From Somniosus microcephalus (lineage: Eukaryota), in the NCBI GenBank assembly GCA_052327205.1, contig JBMRGM010000042.1, positions 25,482,001 to 25,546,000 on the forward strand: DNA of 64,000 nucleotides, written 5' to 3'. The notes beneath the pieces were generated by a model. That model did no database searches. It was not told the origin of the DNA and was given only the letters and a program-made list of their open reading frames with translations. The translations under genes were made by a program, and so were the position numbers. The first letter of the stretch is position 1. Each line of letters opens with the position of its first letter. Positions 50,281 to 61,834 of this stretch are shown here, one piece after another.

Positions 50281-52559
50281 CCTGTTTCTCTCTTCACAGA
50301 TGCTGCCTGACCTGCTGAGTATCGCCAGCATTTTCTGTTTTTTTCAGATTTCCAGCATCTGCAGTATTTATATCATCTTCACTATTTGCCACATTTGGTG
50401 TCACCGGCATATTTAGAAATTATACTCTTAATTCCAATATCCAGGTCATGTGTATATATATATCAAGGAATGCAGTGGCCCCAGCAGTGATCCATGTGGA
50501 ACATCACTGACTACCATCCTCCCGTCTGAAAAACAATCATTTAACACAACTTGCTGTTTTCTGTCCAAAAGGCAATTCCTTATCCAAGCTGCCATGAACG
50601 TCAATATTGTTAACCATGTAGACAACATCCATTGCATTCCCTACATCAATCCTCCCTGTTACTTCATCAAAAAATTGAATTAGATTAGTCAAACACGATC
50701 TGCCTTTTACAAATCCGTGTTAGATCACCTTAATTAGCTTAAACCTCTCCAAGTGCCCATTAATATTTTCCTTGATGATTGTTTCTAAAACTTTACCCAC
50801 CACCAATATTAAACGAACCGGCCTGTAGTTACTCGGTTTATCCTCACACCCTTTATTGTACAATGGTGCCACATTTGACATTTTCCAATATTCCAATATC
50901 CGCATTTAGGGATGATTGGAACATTATGGCAAGCCCTTCCACTATCTCCTTCCCCAATTCCATAAGCAACAACAGACACAAGCCATCTGTACCAGGTGAC
51001 GTATGCACTCAATGCATACCCAGCCTTTCTAGTACATGCTTTCTATCAATTTTCACCCCTTCCATTGCTTCTAACTTTTACACTTCTACCGATATTTTGT
51101 CAGCATTCACCTCCTTAGTAAACACGGATATAAATTAGTCATTGAGTACTCTAGCCTTGCCCCGCGGCTCAAAGCATATATCACCTACTTTGTGTCTAAT
51201 AGGCAGCCACCCCGCCTCTTTCTACCTGCTTACTGTTAACATGCTTGTAGAAGAGTTTTGGTTTCCCTTTTATGTTAACCGTCATTCTACTCTCATATGC
51301 ACTCTTTCCCAAACTTATTTTCATCTTTACATCTTCTCTCAACGTATTCTGTTTGGTCTAGTTCTGCCTTGACGAATACAGCTGACATGCATCATACACC
51401 CCCATTTTAGTTTAACCATCTGCTCTATCTCCCTCGTCATCCAAGGAGCACCTGCTTTGTTTCCCTTACACTTCCCTCTTGTTGGAATGTATATAGCCTG
51501 TAATTGGAAAATCTTCTCCTTAAAGATCACCCATTGTTCCGTTACAGATTTTCCAATAAGTCTTTGGTTCCTTTTACCTTGGCTAGATCCTTTCTCATCC
51601 CATTGAATATAGCCCTATTCTAATTTCAAAGTTCGACTCCAGATTGTTCCTTGCTCCTCTCCATTGCTAATCTAAATCTTATGATATGATGATCACGCAT
51701 AACTAAGTGTTCTCCCACTGAAACCTGATCGACCTGGCTCACCTCTTTCCCCAGCACTGGATCCAGCAATGCCTGCTTGCTAGTTCGGCCAAGAACATAT
51801 TGTTCAAGGAAATTCTCCTGAACACATTCAAGAATTTCCTCACCCTCCTTTTGCGTTATCCTAGCAATAATCCCAATCGATATTTGGGTAATTAAAATCC
51901 CCCAACATCAACATTTTTTAGCTATTGCATATCTCTGGGATTTTCCTGCGGTTTTCTCCTCTTCCTCCTTCACACTATTTGGAGACCTATAGATTTCCCC
52001 CAGTAGCTTTATCATACCCTTTTTGCTCCTCAAATCTTTCCAAATGTATTCTGCCCTTGTCACCTCCAGAACATCATCTATTTCCAACACTACAATATTT
52101 TCCATAATCAGCACTGCCACCCCATCTACCACTTTGTCTTCCCTATTTTTTTGAGCAACTTGTACCCTTGAATATTAAGGCCCAGTCCTCACCGTTTCTA
52201 AAGCACGTGTCCGTAATTGCCACAATATCGTATTGCCACACGGCTAATTGTGCGTGCAGCTCACCAATCTTATTCACCACAGTTTAACTAGATGCATTCT
52301 AAGCCCATTTTTGAATTTTTCGTAGTGTTTCCTAGTCTGCTCCTATCAAATATGGTACTACTGATGCCTCTAGTTCTATCTTCCCTAGTACTATCCAACA
52401 CACAAACTCGTTTATGCACCTTATTCCTCTTTTCCACTCCTGTATGCTGATGCACACACCCCTGCTAAGCTAGTTTAAACCCTCTCGAAAAGAACTAACA
52501 AACATCCCCACGAGAACTTTTGTCCCGGCTCTGTTGAGGTGTAACCCGCCCAGCTTGTA

Positions 52560-53025
52560 CTTGCAAGCAGTGAAGATGATACCAATCGACTACAGCAGGA
52601 CATGGAGAGGCGAGCAGAATGCACGGAGAAGTGGCAGATGGAATTTAATACAGAGAAGTGTGAGGTGATTCTTTTTGGCAGAATTAACAGGGAGAAGCAA
52701 TATACACTTAATGGCACAACTGTAAAGAGCGCGCAGGGACTCAGGGACCTAGGATTTAATGTGCATATATCCCTGAATGTGGCAGGACATATTGAGAGAT
52801 TGGATAACAAAGCATATGGGATCTTGGGCTTCAACTCGCTGGCGACAGAAGTGGTGGAAGTGGAGACACTCAAAGTTTTCAAGGGGCTACCGGATAGGTA
52901 CTTGAGAGAACTAACTTGCAAGGCTACAATGATAAAGCGGTGAAATCGGATTGACTGGGTTGCTCTATAGAGAGCCGGCTAGGACTCGATGGTCCCAGTG
53001 CACTCCTACTGTGCCGTTTTGACTT
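52560..53025 (+). mobile_element. Internally deleted CR1 3' fragment
   Basis: KWQMEFNTEKCEVILFGR in ORF 52602..52943 followed by a CR1 tail. Confidence 0.8.
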
Positions 53026-53619
53026 TATGACTAGGTCCCACCTTCCCCAGAATGTCCCACTGCCTCCGGAATATAAAGTCCTCCCTTCTGCACCATCTAT
53101 CCAGCCACACATTCATCTGTTCTACCCTCCATTTCCTGATCTCACTAGCACGTGGAACTGGGGGTAATCCAGAGATTACTGCCTTTGAGCTCTTGCATTT
53201 TAATCTCACTTCTAGCTCCCTAAACTCTCCCTGAAGGTTCCCCTCCGTCTTACTGCCTATGTCGTTGGTACCGATATTGTGAACGAGCTGTGGCTGTTCA
53301 CCCTCCTCTCTCAGAGTGTCCTGCAGCCGCTCAGTGTTTGTGTGACGTGCATTTCGGTTTACTTTTTTATTTCAGGATATCAACTCGAAGCTTAATTTTT
53401 AATTCAGATTTTTATGTAATCTGCTTTATAGAAATTATTGATTGCAATGTTGGAATGCATTTTTCCCTTGCAAAGCTCAGTGATTTCAAATAAATGATTC
53501 GATCCATTTAAAGCTCAACATCGAATCTTACATGCAACAGACGCAAAGCTCTGCAAACCTCTGCTTCAATGGGGTCTTGATTCCCAGGGGTGGGCAGTAA
53601 TGCCCGGTCTGATGAGGCA

Positions 53620-55030
53620 TTCACTGCTTTCTGCTGAGAGCACGTGATTGCAGAGAGCGGGGTGGGACAGGCAGCCTGACTTTTGTTACTTCTCGCAAGC
53701 TCACTCACTCCGGCAGCAGGTGATTGGAGAGAGCAGGGCGCGTCAGGCGAACTGAAACTTGCTGCGTGTGGGCACCTCACTCATGCTGGCAGCAGGTGAT
53801 TGGAGAGAACGGGGTGGGACAGGCGGCAGCAAAGTAGCTGCTTGTCCCCGCCTCACTCACTCCGGCATCGGGTGATTGGTGAGAGCGGGGCGGTACAGGC
53901 GGCATGAATGTTGCTACTTGTCCCCGCCTCACTCACTCCAGCAGCGGGTGATTGGAGAGAGCCGGACGGAACAGGTGGCCTGAATGTTGCTGCTTGTCCC
54001 CGCCTCACTCACTCCAGCAGCGGGTGATTAGAGAGAGAGGGGCGGGACATGTGGCCTGAATGTTGATGCTTGTCCCCGCCTCACTCACTCTGGCAGCGGG
54101 TGATTAGAGAGAGCGGGGCGGGACATGTGGCCTGAATGTTGCTGCTTGTCCCTTTCTCACTCACTCCGGCAGTGGGTGATTGGAGAGAGCGGGGCGGGAC
54201 ATGTGGCCTGAATGTTGCTGCTAGTCCCTGCCTCACTCACTCCGGCAGCGGGTGATTGGAGAGAGTGGGGCGGGACAGGGGGCCTGAATGTTGCTGCTTG
54301 TCCCCGCCTCACTCACTCCGGCAGTGGGTGATTGGAGAGAGCAGGGCGGGACAAGTGGCCTGAATGTTGCTGCTTGTCCCCGCCTTACTCACTTCAGCAG
54401 TGGGTGATTAGAGAGAGTGGTGCAGGACAAGTGGTCTGAATGTTGCTGCTTGTCCCCGCCTCACTCACTTCGGCAGTGGGTGATTAGAGAGTGCGGGTTG
54501 GGACAAGTGGCCTTAATGTTGCTGTTTGTCACCGCCACACTCACTTCAGCAGTGGGTGATTGGAGAGAGCGGGGCGGGGCGTGTGGCCTGAATGTTGCTA
54601 CTTGTCAGCGCCTCACTCACTTCAGCAGTGGGTGATTAGAGAGAGCGGGGCGGGCCAGACAGCCTGAATGTTGCTGCTTGTCACCGCCTCACTCACTTCA
54701 GCAGTGGGTGATTAGAGAGAGTGCGGCAGGCCAGACGACCTGACTGTTGCTGCTTGTCCCCACCTCACTCACTCCAGCAGTGGGTGAGTAGAGAGTGCGG
54801 GGCGGGACAAGTGGCTTGAATGTTGCTGCTTGTCACCGCCTCACTCACTCCGGCAGCGGGTAATTGGAGAGAGCGGGGTGGGACAGACGGCCTGAATGTT
54901 GTTGCTTTTCACCGCCTCACTCACTTTGGCAGTGGGTGATTAGAGAGCGGGGGCGGCACAGGCCTGAATGTTGCTGCTTGTCACCGTCTCACTCACCCCA
55001 GCAGTGGTTTACTGGCGAGAGCAGGGCGGG
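53620..55030. repeat. 76-bp GC-rich tandem repeat, about 18 copies
   Basis: Unit CTCACTCACTCCGGCAGCGGGTGATTGGAGAGAGCGGGGCGGGACAGGTGGCCTGAATGTTGCTGCTTGTCCCCGC; period 76 (53928, 54004, 54080). Confidence 0.97.
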
Positions 55031-55496
55031 AGAGGCAGCCTACCTGTCAGGATCACCACTACCTAATCCAGCCACTGCCGGAGGGGATCTGCTGGTCCCA
55101 GCAGAAAGCCCATAGTTACAAGTGAGCCTTTCAGCCGCTCCAGCCTGTTCCACCATTAAATGAGGTCAGGCTGACCTCTATCTTAATCTATCGAACTACC
55201 TTGTCTCAACATCCTTTTACACCCTTGCCTAGCAACAATCCATCAGTCTGCGATATAAAATTATGATCTGAGCTGGAATTGATAACTTTTAGTGGCATAC
55301 AGTTCCACTCTTCTTCCAGGCATAGCGTGAAGAATTGTTTCCTAACTTATCTTCAGAATGGCCTTCCTCTGATTTGAGCACATAAAAGGGAATTGCATTT
55401 ATATCACGCCTTTCATTAACACCCACTGTCCCAATGCGCTTTAAGGCAATGAAATGCTTTCTGAAGTGTAGTCACTGGTGTAATGCAGGAAAGTTG

Positions 55497-55764
55497 TGTG
55501 ATAAAAATAATAACTTCCGGGAAGTTATGTCATCACTTCCTGTGAACTGTGAACTGTGAACTATTAACTATGAACTGTGTACATACCTCACTTCCTGTCA
55601 TGTGTCACTTCCTGTTGGACTGGTATAAATACTGGTCTGTTCAGTATTGTAAGAGGCTTCTACCAGAGGCATGGTAAAGACCTCTCTTGTATATAGTGTG
55701 TTTATAAGTTACTTAAAGCTTACTTTAAAGTTACTTGATGGTAAGCCTCCTTTTTCTTACATCA
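55497..55764 (+). repeat. 5' LTR
   Basis: TGTGATAAAA...CTTACATCA; TATAAAT near 55624. Confidence 0.97.
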
Positions 55765-55846
55765 ATTTAAGTAACTTAGTATTTACACTCACGAATACTG
55801 GACCTTCGGACAAACTCGGAATTAAGGATCCAGGGAACCACCCATC

Positions 55847-58800
55847 ATGGAGAAAATCCTTAGACCTATTCGTCTGGACTTGGACCCGAATGCACCAGCA
55901 GCTGGCAGGGTATGGAAGCATTGGTACCGTACTTTTGAGAATTTTCTGGATGAATGTGAAGCGGATGCTCCTGCTAGATTGAAGATACTTATCAATTATG
56001 TGACCCCAAAAGTGTTCGAATATGTTGATGAATGGGATAATTACGATGAGGTGATTCGGGCACTTAAGAAACTGTATGCCAAGACCCCAAATGAGGTCTA
56101 TGCTAGACATCTACTGGCCACAGCCCGACAAGGGCCAGGGGAATCAATTGACGAATTCCTGCAAGAACTTCGCAGGCTCAGCGTAGATTGTAACTTTCAG
56201 GCAGCCTCAGCTGAGCTGTACCGCCAAGAAATCATTCGTGATGCTTTCATCTGCGGGATTGCCTCTCCATTTATACGCCAGCGTCTACTAGAAAGTAAAA
56301 CACTTGAGCTACAAAAAGCTTTTGACCTAGCTTGTTCACTGGATTTGGCAAAGAGAAATGCAGACCTCTATCAGCTGCCCAGATCTCGATCTGCTGCTGT
56401 AGCTGCAACCAGACAATTCAAGCGGTCTCAGGTGAACCCTATCATGGGGGAATCTAATTCTGATAATTCAGATGAAGAAGAGGAGGACGACCCCACTTTA
56501 GCAGCCTCTTGGCAATCTAGGAAGGAATGCTTCTTTTGTGGAGATGCTTTCACCCTAGGAAAACCTGCCCTGCTCGCAATGCAATCTGCAGTTATTGCAG
56601 GAAAAAAGGACACTTTGCTAAAGTTTGCCTATCAAGGGCCTCTACGAGGGCCAATCCAGCTAAGGCCTACCGAACTGCCCCAATTAGGGCCTATCAAGAT
56701 GCTCCAGCTAGGACCTATCAAGCTTCCTCTCGAGCTCTCTCCCGAAGAAGCACACCGAGAGTTTTAGCCACTCTCTGTGCAACGACACCAATTACAGCTG
56801 CTTGCCCACAGAACCTGTCTCATGCTGCCACAAAAATTTCAATTAAAGGGCATACCTTAGATGCCTTAATTGACTCAGGAAGTACTGATAGTTTCATTAA
56901 GGAACAGATTGTTGCGAAATTGAAACTACATGTCTTCCCATCGGACCAGGCAATTGCGATGGCCCAGTCATCACTTAATACCAGAATCTCCGGCTTTTGT
57001 GTTGTTGATATGACACTTCATGGTCGTATGTATCCCTCCACCCGACTTTCGGTGCTCAAGGACTTATGTAGTGATCTCCTCTTAGGACTGGACTTCCAAA
57101 AACAGCATAAGAAACTCACCATTGAGTTTGGTGGATCCAAACCCGGACTTACTATTTCTAATATACCGTCTAAATTACCATTTTGTGCATTATCAGCAGC
57201 TTCACTTGATGAACCCTCATTATTTGCCAGTATTCCGCCTCAATGCCAACCGATAATAACGAAATCGCGGCGCTTTAATCAGGAAGACCAATCTTTTATT
57301 GCGGCTGAAATCTCTCGACTTCTAGCAGAGGATATCATTGAACCATGTTCGTCGCCCTGGCGGGCTCAAGTCGTCATTGTCAAGAACCCTCTAAAACCTC
57401 ACAAACAGCAGCTATGCATCGATTATTCGCAAACCATCAATCAATATACCGACTTGGACGCCTAACCATTGCCACGCATTGATGATATGGTTAATAAACT
57501 GGCCGAATACAAAGTGTTCTCAACTTACGATTTAAAAAGTGCCTATCATCAGTTACCCTTGAAGGTCTCAGATAAGCAGTACACAGCCTTTGAGGCTAAT
57601 GGACGGCTGTACCAATTTCGTCGCCTCCCATTCGGAGTTACTAATGGAGTGGCTGTCTTTCAACGGGCAATGGATGGCCTGGTTAAGCAGGAAAACCTAA
57701 GGGACACTTTTCCCTATCTTGATAACATTACCATTGCAGGTCACGATCAACAGGAACACGACTCCAACCTCCAAAAATTTCGGGATGCCCTCCATCGCCG
57801 TAATTTGACCCTGAATGAATCCAAATCTGTTGAGTCGCAACCGACCATCAACATCCTTGGCTACTGCGTAGGCAATGGTATCATTAAGCCAGACCCAGAA
57901 AGACTTCGCCCGCTCCAAGAGCTCCCGTCACCTAAGAATCCGGCTTCTTTACGTCGGGCTCTCGGTCTGTTTGCATACTACGCTAAATGGATTCCTCAGT
58001 TTTCGGACAAAATCCAACCCTTGCTGCATGCTAGATCATTTCCACTGGGAACAGCGGCTGTTGCAGCCTTTAACCTTCTCAAAAAACAGTTGGAGAAAGC
58101 GGCTCTTCACTCCATTGATGAGAATCTCCCTTTCGTGGTTGAATGTGATGCCTCGGAGGTGGCGATCTCGGCTACGCTGAATCAGGAAGGTCGTCCTGTA
58201 GCATTTATGTCCAGGACCTTACAAGGTGCCCAGCTACATTATCCTCCGGTTGAGAAAGAAGCCACAGCCATCATAGAGGCAGTACGGAAGTGGAACCATT
58301 TTCTAGCTCGCCAGCACTTTACATTGATCACGGACCAACGATCAGTCGCCTTCATGCTCGATAATCGAAAACGAACCAAAATTAAGAATAATAAAATACA
58401 ACTTTGGAGGATGGAACTGGCCTCTTTTGGTGATACCATTCTCGATCGGCCTGGCAAGGAGAATGTGGCCCCGGACACCCTCACACGGGCATTCTGCTCC
58501 ACTATGTCATCCTCCACCCTCATGGATTTCCACAATGGTTTGTGCCATCCTGGCGTTACGCGCATGCTACATTTCGTACGATCACGGAATCTCCCTTTTT
58601 CCACTGGAGATGTAAAGAAAATATGCTCAGAATGCCGGCTTTGTGCGGAATTAAAACCTCAGTTATTCCGCCCCTCAGATGGTATACTCATACATGCAAC
58701 CCAACCGATGCAACGACTTAGCATCGATTTTAAGGGCCCAGTGCCCTCTTCAACTCGGAACACATATTTGCTCGCCATGATCGACGAATATTCACGTTTT

Positions 58801-59400
58801 CCGTTTGCCTTCCCCTGCTCCAATATGCTGGCGTCCACAGTAATCTGCTGCCTTGAGCAGGTATTTTCTCTCTGTGGCATGCCGGCTTATATTCACTCAG
58901 ATCGGGGTCCATCCTTTATGTCGAGGGAACTCAAGGACTACCTCTCAGAACGGGGAATTGCTACAAGCAAAACAACACCATACCATCCCATCGGAAATGG
59001 GGAGATAGAGAGGTATAACGGTATCATCTGGAATTCTGCACGTCTCGCTTTAAGATCTCGGGGCCTACCAGACCAGCAATGGGAAACAGTGCTTCCGGAT
59101 GCATTGCACTCTATACGGTCCCTGCTTTCTACAGCCACAAATACAACACCTCATGAGCGGTTCTTTGGATTCCAGCGTCGCTCATCTCATGGGACATCAC
59201 TCCCGTCATGGCTAACTACTCCTGGACTTGTATTACTCTGAAGATACGTTCGGACGTCTAAAAATGACCCTCTTGTAGACGAGGTCGAACTAACCGATGC
59301 CAACCCCACCTATGCAAACATACGATATTCCGACGGCCGAGAATCTACGTATCATTACGGGATCTGGCTCCCTGCCCACCAGGACCTAGTGGGACATCGG
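55847..59400 (+). pseudogene. Gypsy gag-pol polyprotein with few lesions
   Basis: Gag MEKILRPIRLDLDP, two CCHC knuckles (frameshift near 56545), protease LIDSGS, RT YDLKSAYHQ, LPFGVTNG, YLDN, RNase H VECDAS, integrase H-H-C-C and D,D,E (SIDFKG, HSDRG, GEIER); stops at 57463 and 59239. Confidence 0.95.
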
Positions 59401-59804
59401 GTGATGGCATTTCACCAGGAAACTCTTGGGACCTATCGGGTACCCCTCTCCAGGATCCTGATCGGACACCAACTAGCTTGGTGCTGGTAGAACACGGTGC
59501 TCAAGGTTGCGACCCTCCCAGTACCACGCATGAAAGTACTGGTCTGCCACAGACCAGCTCTGCACCTCCCTCTGAACAGAGGCAGTCTGACTTTGAACCT
59601 ATTGGGGCTCGTACTCGAAGCCATGATCTCCCCGACCCTTCACAGGGCAATCCAGGCCACACGGACTCTGGCCAATGGCCAACCGCATGTAAGCGGACCA
59701 GCGACCCTCTACGGCGGGAATCCAAACGGGTGCGACTCTTCCTTGTTCGGCGGCTGCGGACCAAAAGGTAGACCACAGCCTCCTAAACCTGCAGGAGGGA
59801 AGAA

Positions 59805-60072
59805 TGTGATAAAAATAATAACTTCCGGGAAGTTATGTCATCACTTCCTGTGAACTGTGAACTGTGAACTATGAACTATGAACTGTGTACATAACTCACT
59901 TCCTGCCATGTGTCACTTCCTGTTGGACTGGTATAAATACTGGTCTGTTCAGTATTGTAAGAGGCTTCTACCAGAGGCATGGTAAAGACCTCTCTTGTAT
60001 ATAGTGTGTTTATAAGTTACTTAAAGCTTACTTTAAAGTTACTTGATGGTAAGCCTCCTTTTTCTTACATCA
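59805..60072 (+). repeat. 3' LTR
   Basis: Direct repeat of 55497-55764, preceded by the polypurine tract. Confidence 0.97.
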
Positions 60073-60264
60073 AGTTGCACACAGCAAGATCCCACGAACA
60101 GCAATATGCTAATGATCAAAAGATATGTTTAGTGAATTCCATTCAGATATAAACATTGGCCGCAGGACCTGAGAGATAACCCCCCTGTTCTTCGAAATAC
60201 CGCCATTGAATCATGTCCACCTGAGACGGGCCCTTGGTTTAAAGTCTTATCCGAAACATGGCTC

Positions 60265-61155
60265 ATCCGACAGTGCAGTGCTCCTTCATTACTGCAACGA
60301 TGACAGTGCAGCACTCCCTCAGAACTAACTATCCGACAGTGTAGAATTCCTTCAGTGCTGCCCCTCCGGCAGTGCGGCACTCCCTCAGTACTGCTCTTCC
60401 AACAGTGCAGCAGTCCCTCAGTACTGCCCCTCCGACAATGCAACGTTCCCTCAGTACTGCACTCCCTCAGTACTGCCCCCCGCGACAGTGCAGCACTCCT
60501 TCATTCCTGACCCTCCGACAGTGCAGCGCTCCCTCAGTACTTCCCCTCCGACTTTGCAGCCCCTCCTCAGTACTGCCCATCTGACAGTGCAGCACTCCTT
60601 CAGTACTGACCCTCCGACAGTGCAGCATACCCTCAGTACTGACCATCCGACAGTGCGGCGTTCACTCAGTGCTCCCCCTCCGATAGTGCAGCCCTCCCTC
60701 AGTGCAGCCACTCCGACGGTTCAGCACTCCCTCAGTACTTCCCCTCCGATGGTGGAGCACTCCTTCAGTACTGCCTATCCGACACTGCAGCCCCTCCAAC
60801 AGTGCAGCACTCCCTCAATACTGCCCCTCCGACAGTGGAGTGCTTCCTTATTACAGCCCCTCTGACAGAGCAGTGCTCGCTCTGTACTGCCCCTCCGACT
60901 GTGCAGCACCCCATCAGCACTGCCCCTCCAACAATGTAGCGCCCCCTCAGTACAGCCCCTCTGATAGTGCTGCACTCCCTCAATACTGCCCCTCCGACAG
61001 TGCAGCGCCCCATCAGTACTGCCCCTCTGACAGTGTAGCGCCCCCTCTGTACTGCCTCTGTGACATTGTAGTGCCACCTCATTACAGCCCCACCGACAGT
61101 GCAGTGCTCCCACACTACTGCCCCTCCAACAGTGCAGCGCTCCCTCAGTACTGCA
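60265..61155. repeat. 33-bp minisatellite derived from the SINE body, about 27 copies
   Basis: Unit GACAGTGCAGCACTCCCTCAGTACTGCCCCTCC; 11-aa periodic spurious ORFs. Confidence 0.95.
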
Positions 61156-61834
61156 GTGGAATGTCAGCCTAGATTTACTACTCAAGTCTCCCGGAGTGGG
61201 ACTCGAATGCCAAATTTTCTGATTTAGATGTGAGAGTGCTACCCACTGAGGCAAAGCTGACACACTTGAACCTATGGGAAGAGATTAGGCACATTCCTAT
61301 GAGGGGGAAAATATTTGCACCAAAGTTCTACATCTCACTGCATGAATGCATATATCGTCTCTTCGGGGGCTGAGGGCTGGAATACCACCGCTGGCCAGAA
61401 ATTGTGCTCCTGCTTATTTCGGGCTCTTCACCTGAAGCCATTCTAAGCATTGCAGTGGGCAGCATTTTTGTGGTCAGGGTGGGAATGCCGTAGCTGTTGT
61501 CTGGAGCAGTGATTGTATAGTGTTTCATAATCTGCCTTGTGGTCGCAGCAGCTCTTGTTAGATTCCGAATTTATTTATTGAACCCTCTGCTGCACATGCT
61601 AATAGGCAGCAGCAAGAAATCAGTATCTACTCTATATTTGTCATGACAGTGAAATCAGATTTACTGCCTTTACATCCCAAAAACACTCACAGGCTCCTAC
61701 ACTAAAAGCCGCCTCCTCAGCCAGCTTTTTATTCCTTCCAGAATTATTAGATTTCCTTTACTTCCGTGCTTCTGCTCCAGAGACACTTCCCTGCGGCCTT
61801 GCCTACACTTAAATTCAATTTCACCTCCTACACC

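Larger units (their letters stand above)
42690..50369 (+). mobile_element. Penelope-like element (RT C-terminus, GIY-YIG, pseudo-LTR) interrupted by Rex1 and CR1
   Basis: MPSFFLNRG, VPLVLTFHP, SAFRSDRSLRKTLV, KCNTCPY at 42690-43186; FTCTSCNLVYFIR...YIEETKRRLGDRFAKH...LEEHHLIFRLGTLQPPGL at 49607-49934. Confidence 0.9.
42450..53335 (-). mobile_element. Old CR1 hosting the nest (pieces 42450-42690, 50372-52560, 53030-53335)
   Basis: Minus-strand RT 3' part left of the Penelope; NYRPV, endonuclease and ORF1 esterase (AVISGLPPVPRASE) remnants to the right, in the expected order. Confidence 0.7.
55497..60072 (+). mobile_element. Full-length young Ty3/Gypsy LTR retrotransposon (probably Mag-like), 5-bp TSD AGTTG
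   Basis: 268-bp LTRs with 3 mismatches, TG...CA ends, AGTTG at 55492-55496 and 60073-60077, PPT AGGAGGGAAGAA at 59793-59804, domain order gag-PR-RT-RH-IN. Confidence 0.98.
55385..61263 (-). mobile_element. tRNA-derived Deu-type SINE, split by the Gypsy element and internally expanded
   Basis: Head at 61155-61263 with A-box-like (TGCCTCAGTGGGTAG) and B-box-like (CATTCGAGTCC) motifs on minus; body 60078-60265; tail 55385-55496. Confidence 0.78.

Noticed and set aside
60372-61263. Cys/His-periodic ORFs resembling zinc-finger or keratin-associated proteins
   Set aside because: Translations of the 33-bp SINE-derived minisatellite, open in several frames on both strands
61155-61263. tRNA gene
   Set aside because: A/B-box-like motifs are decayed, there is no cloverleaf, and the sequence continues into a SINE body
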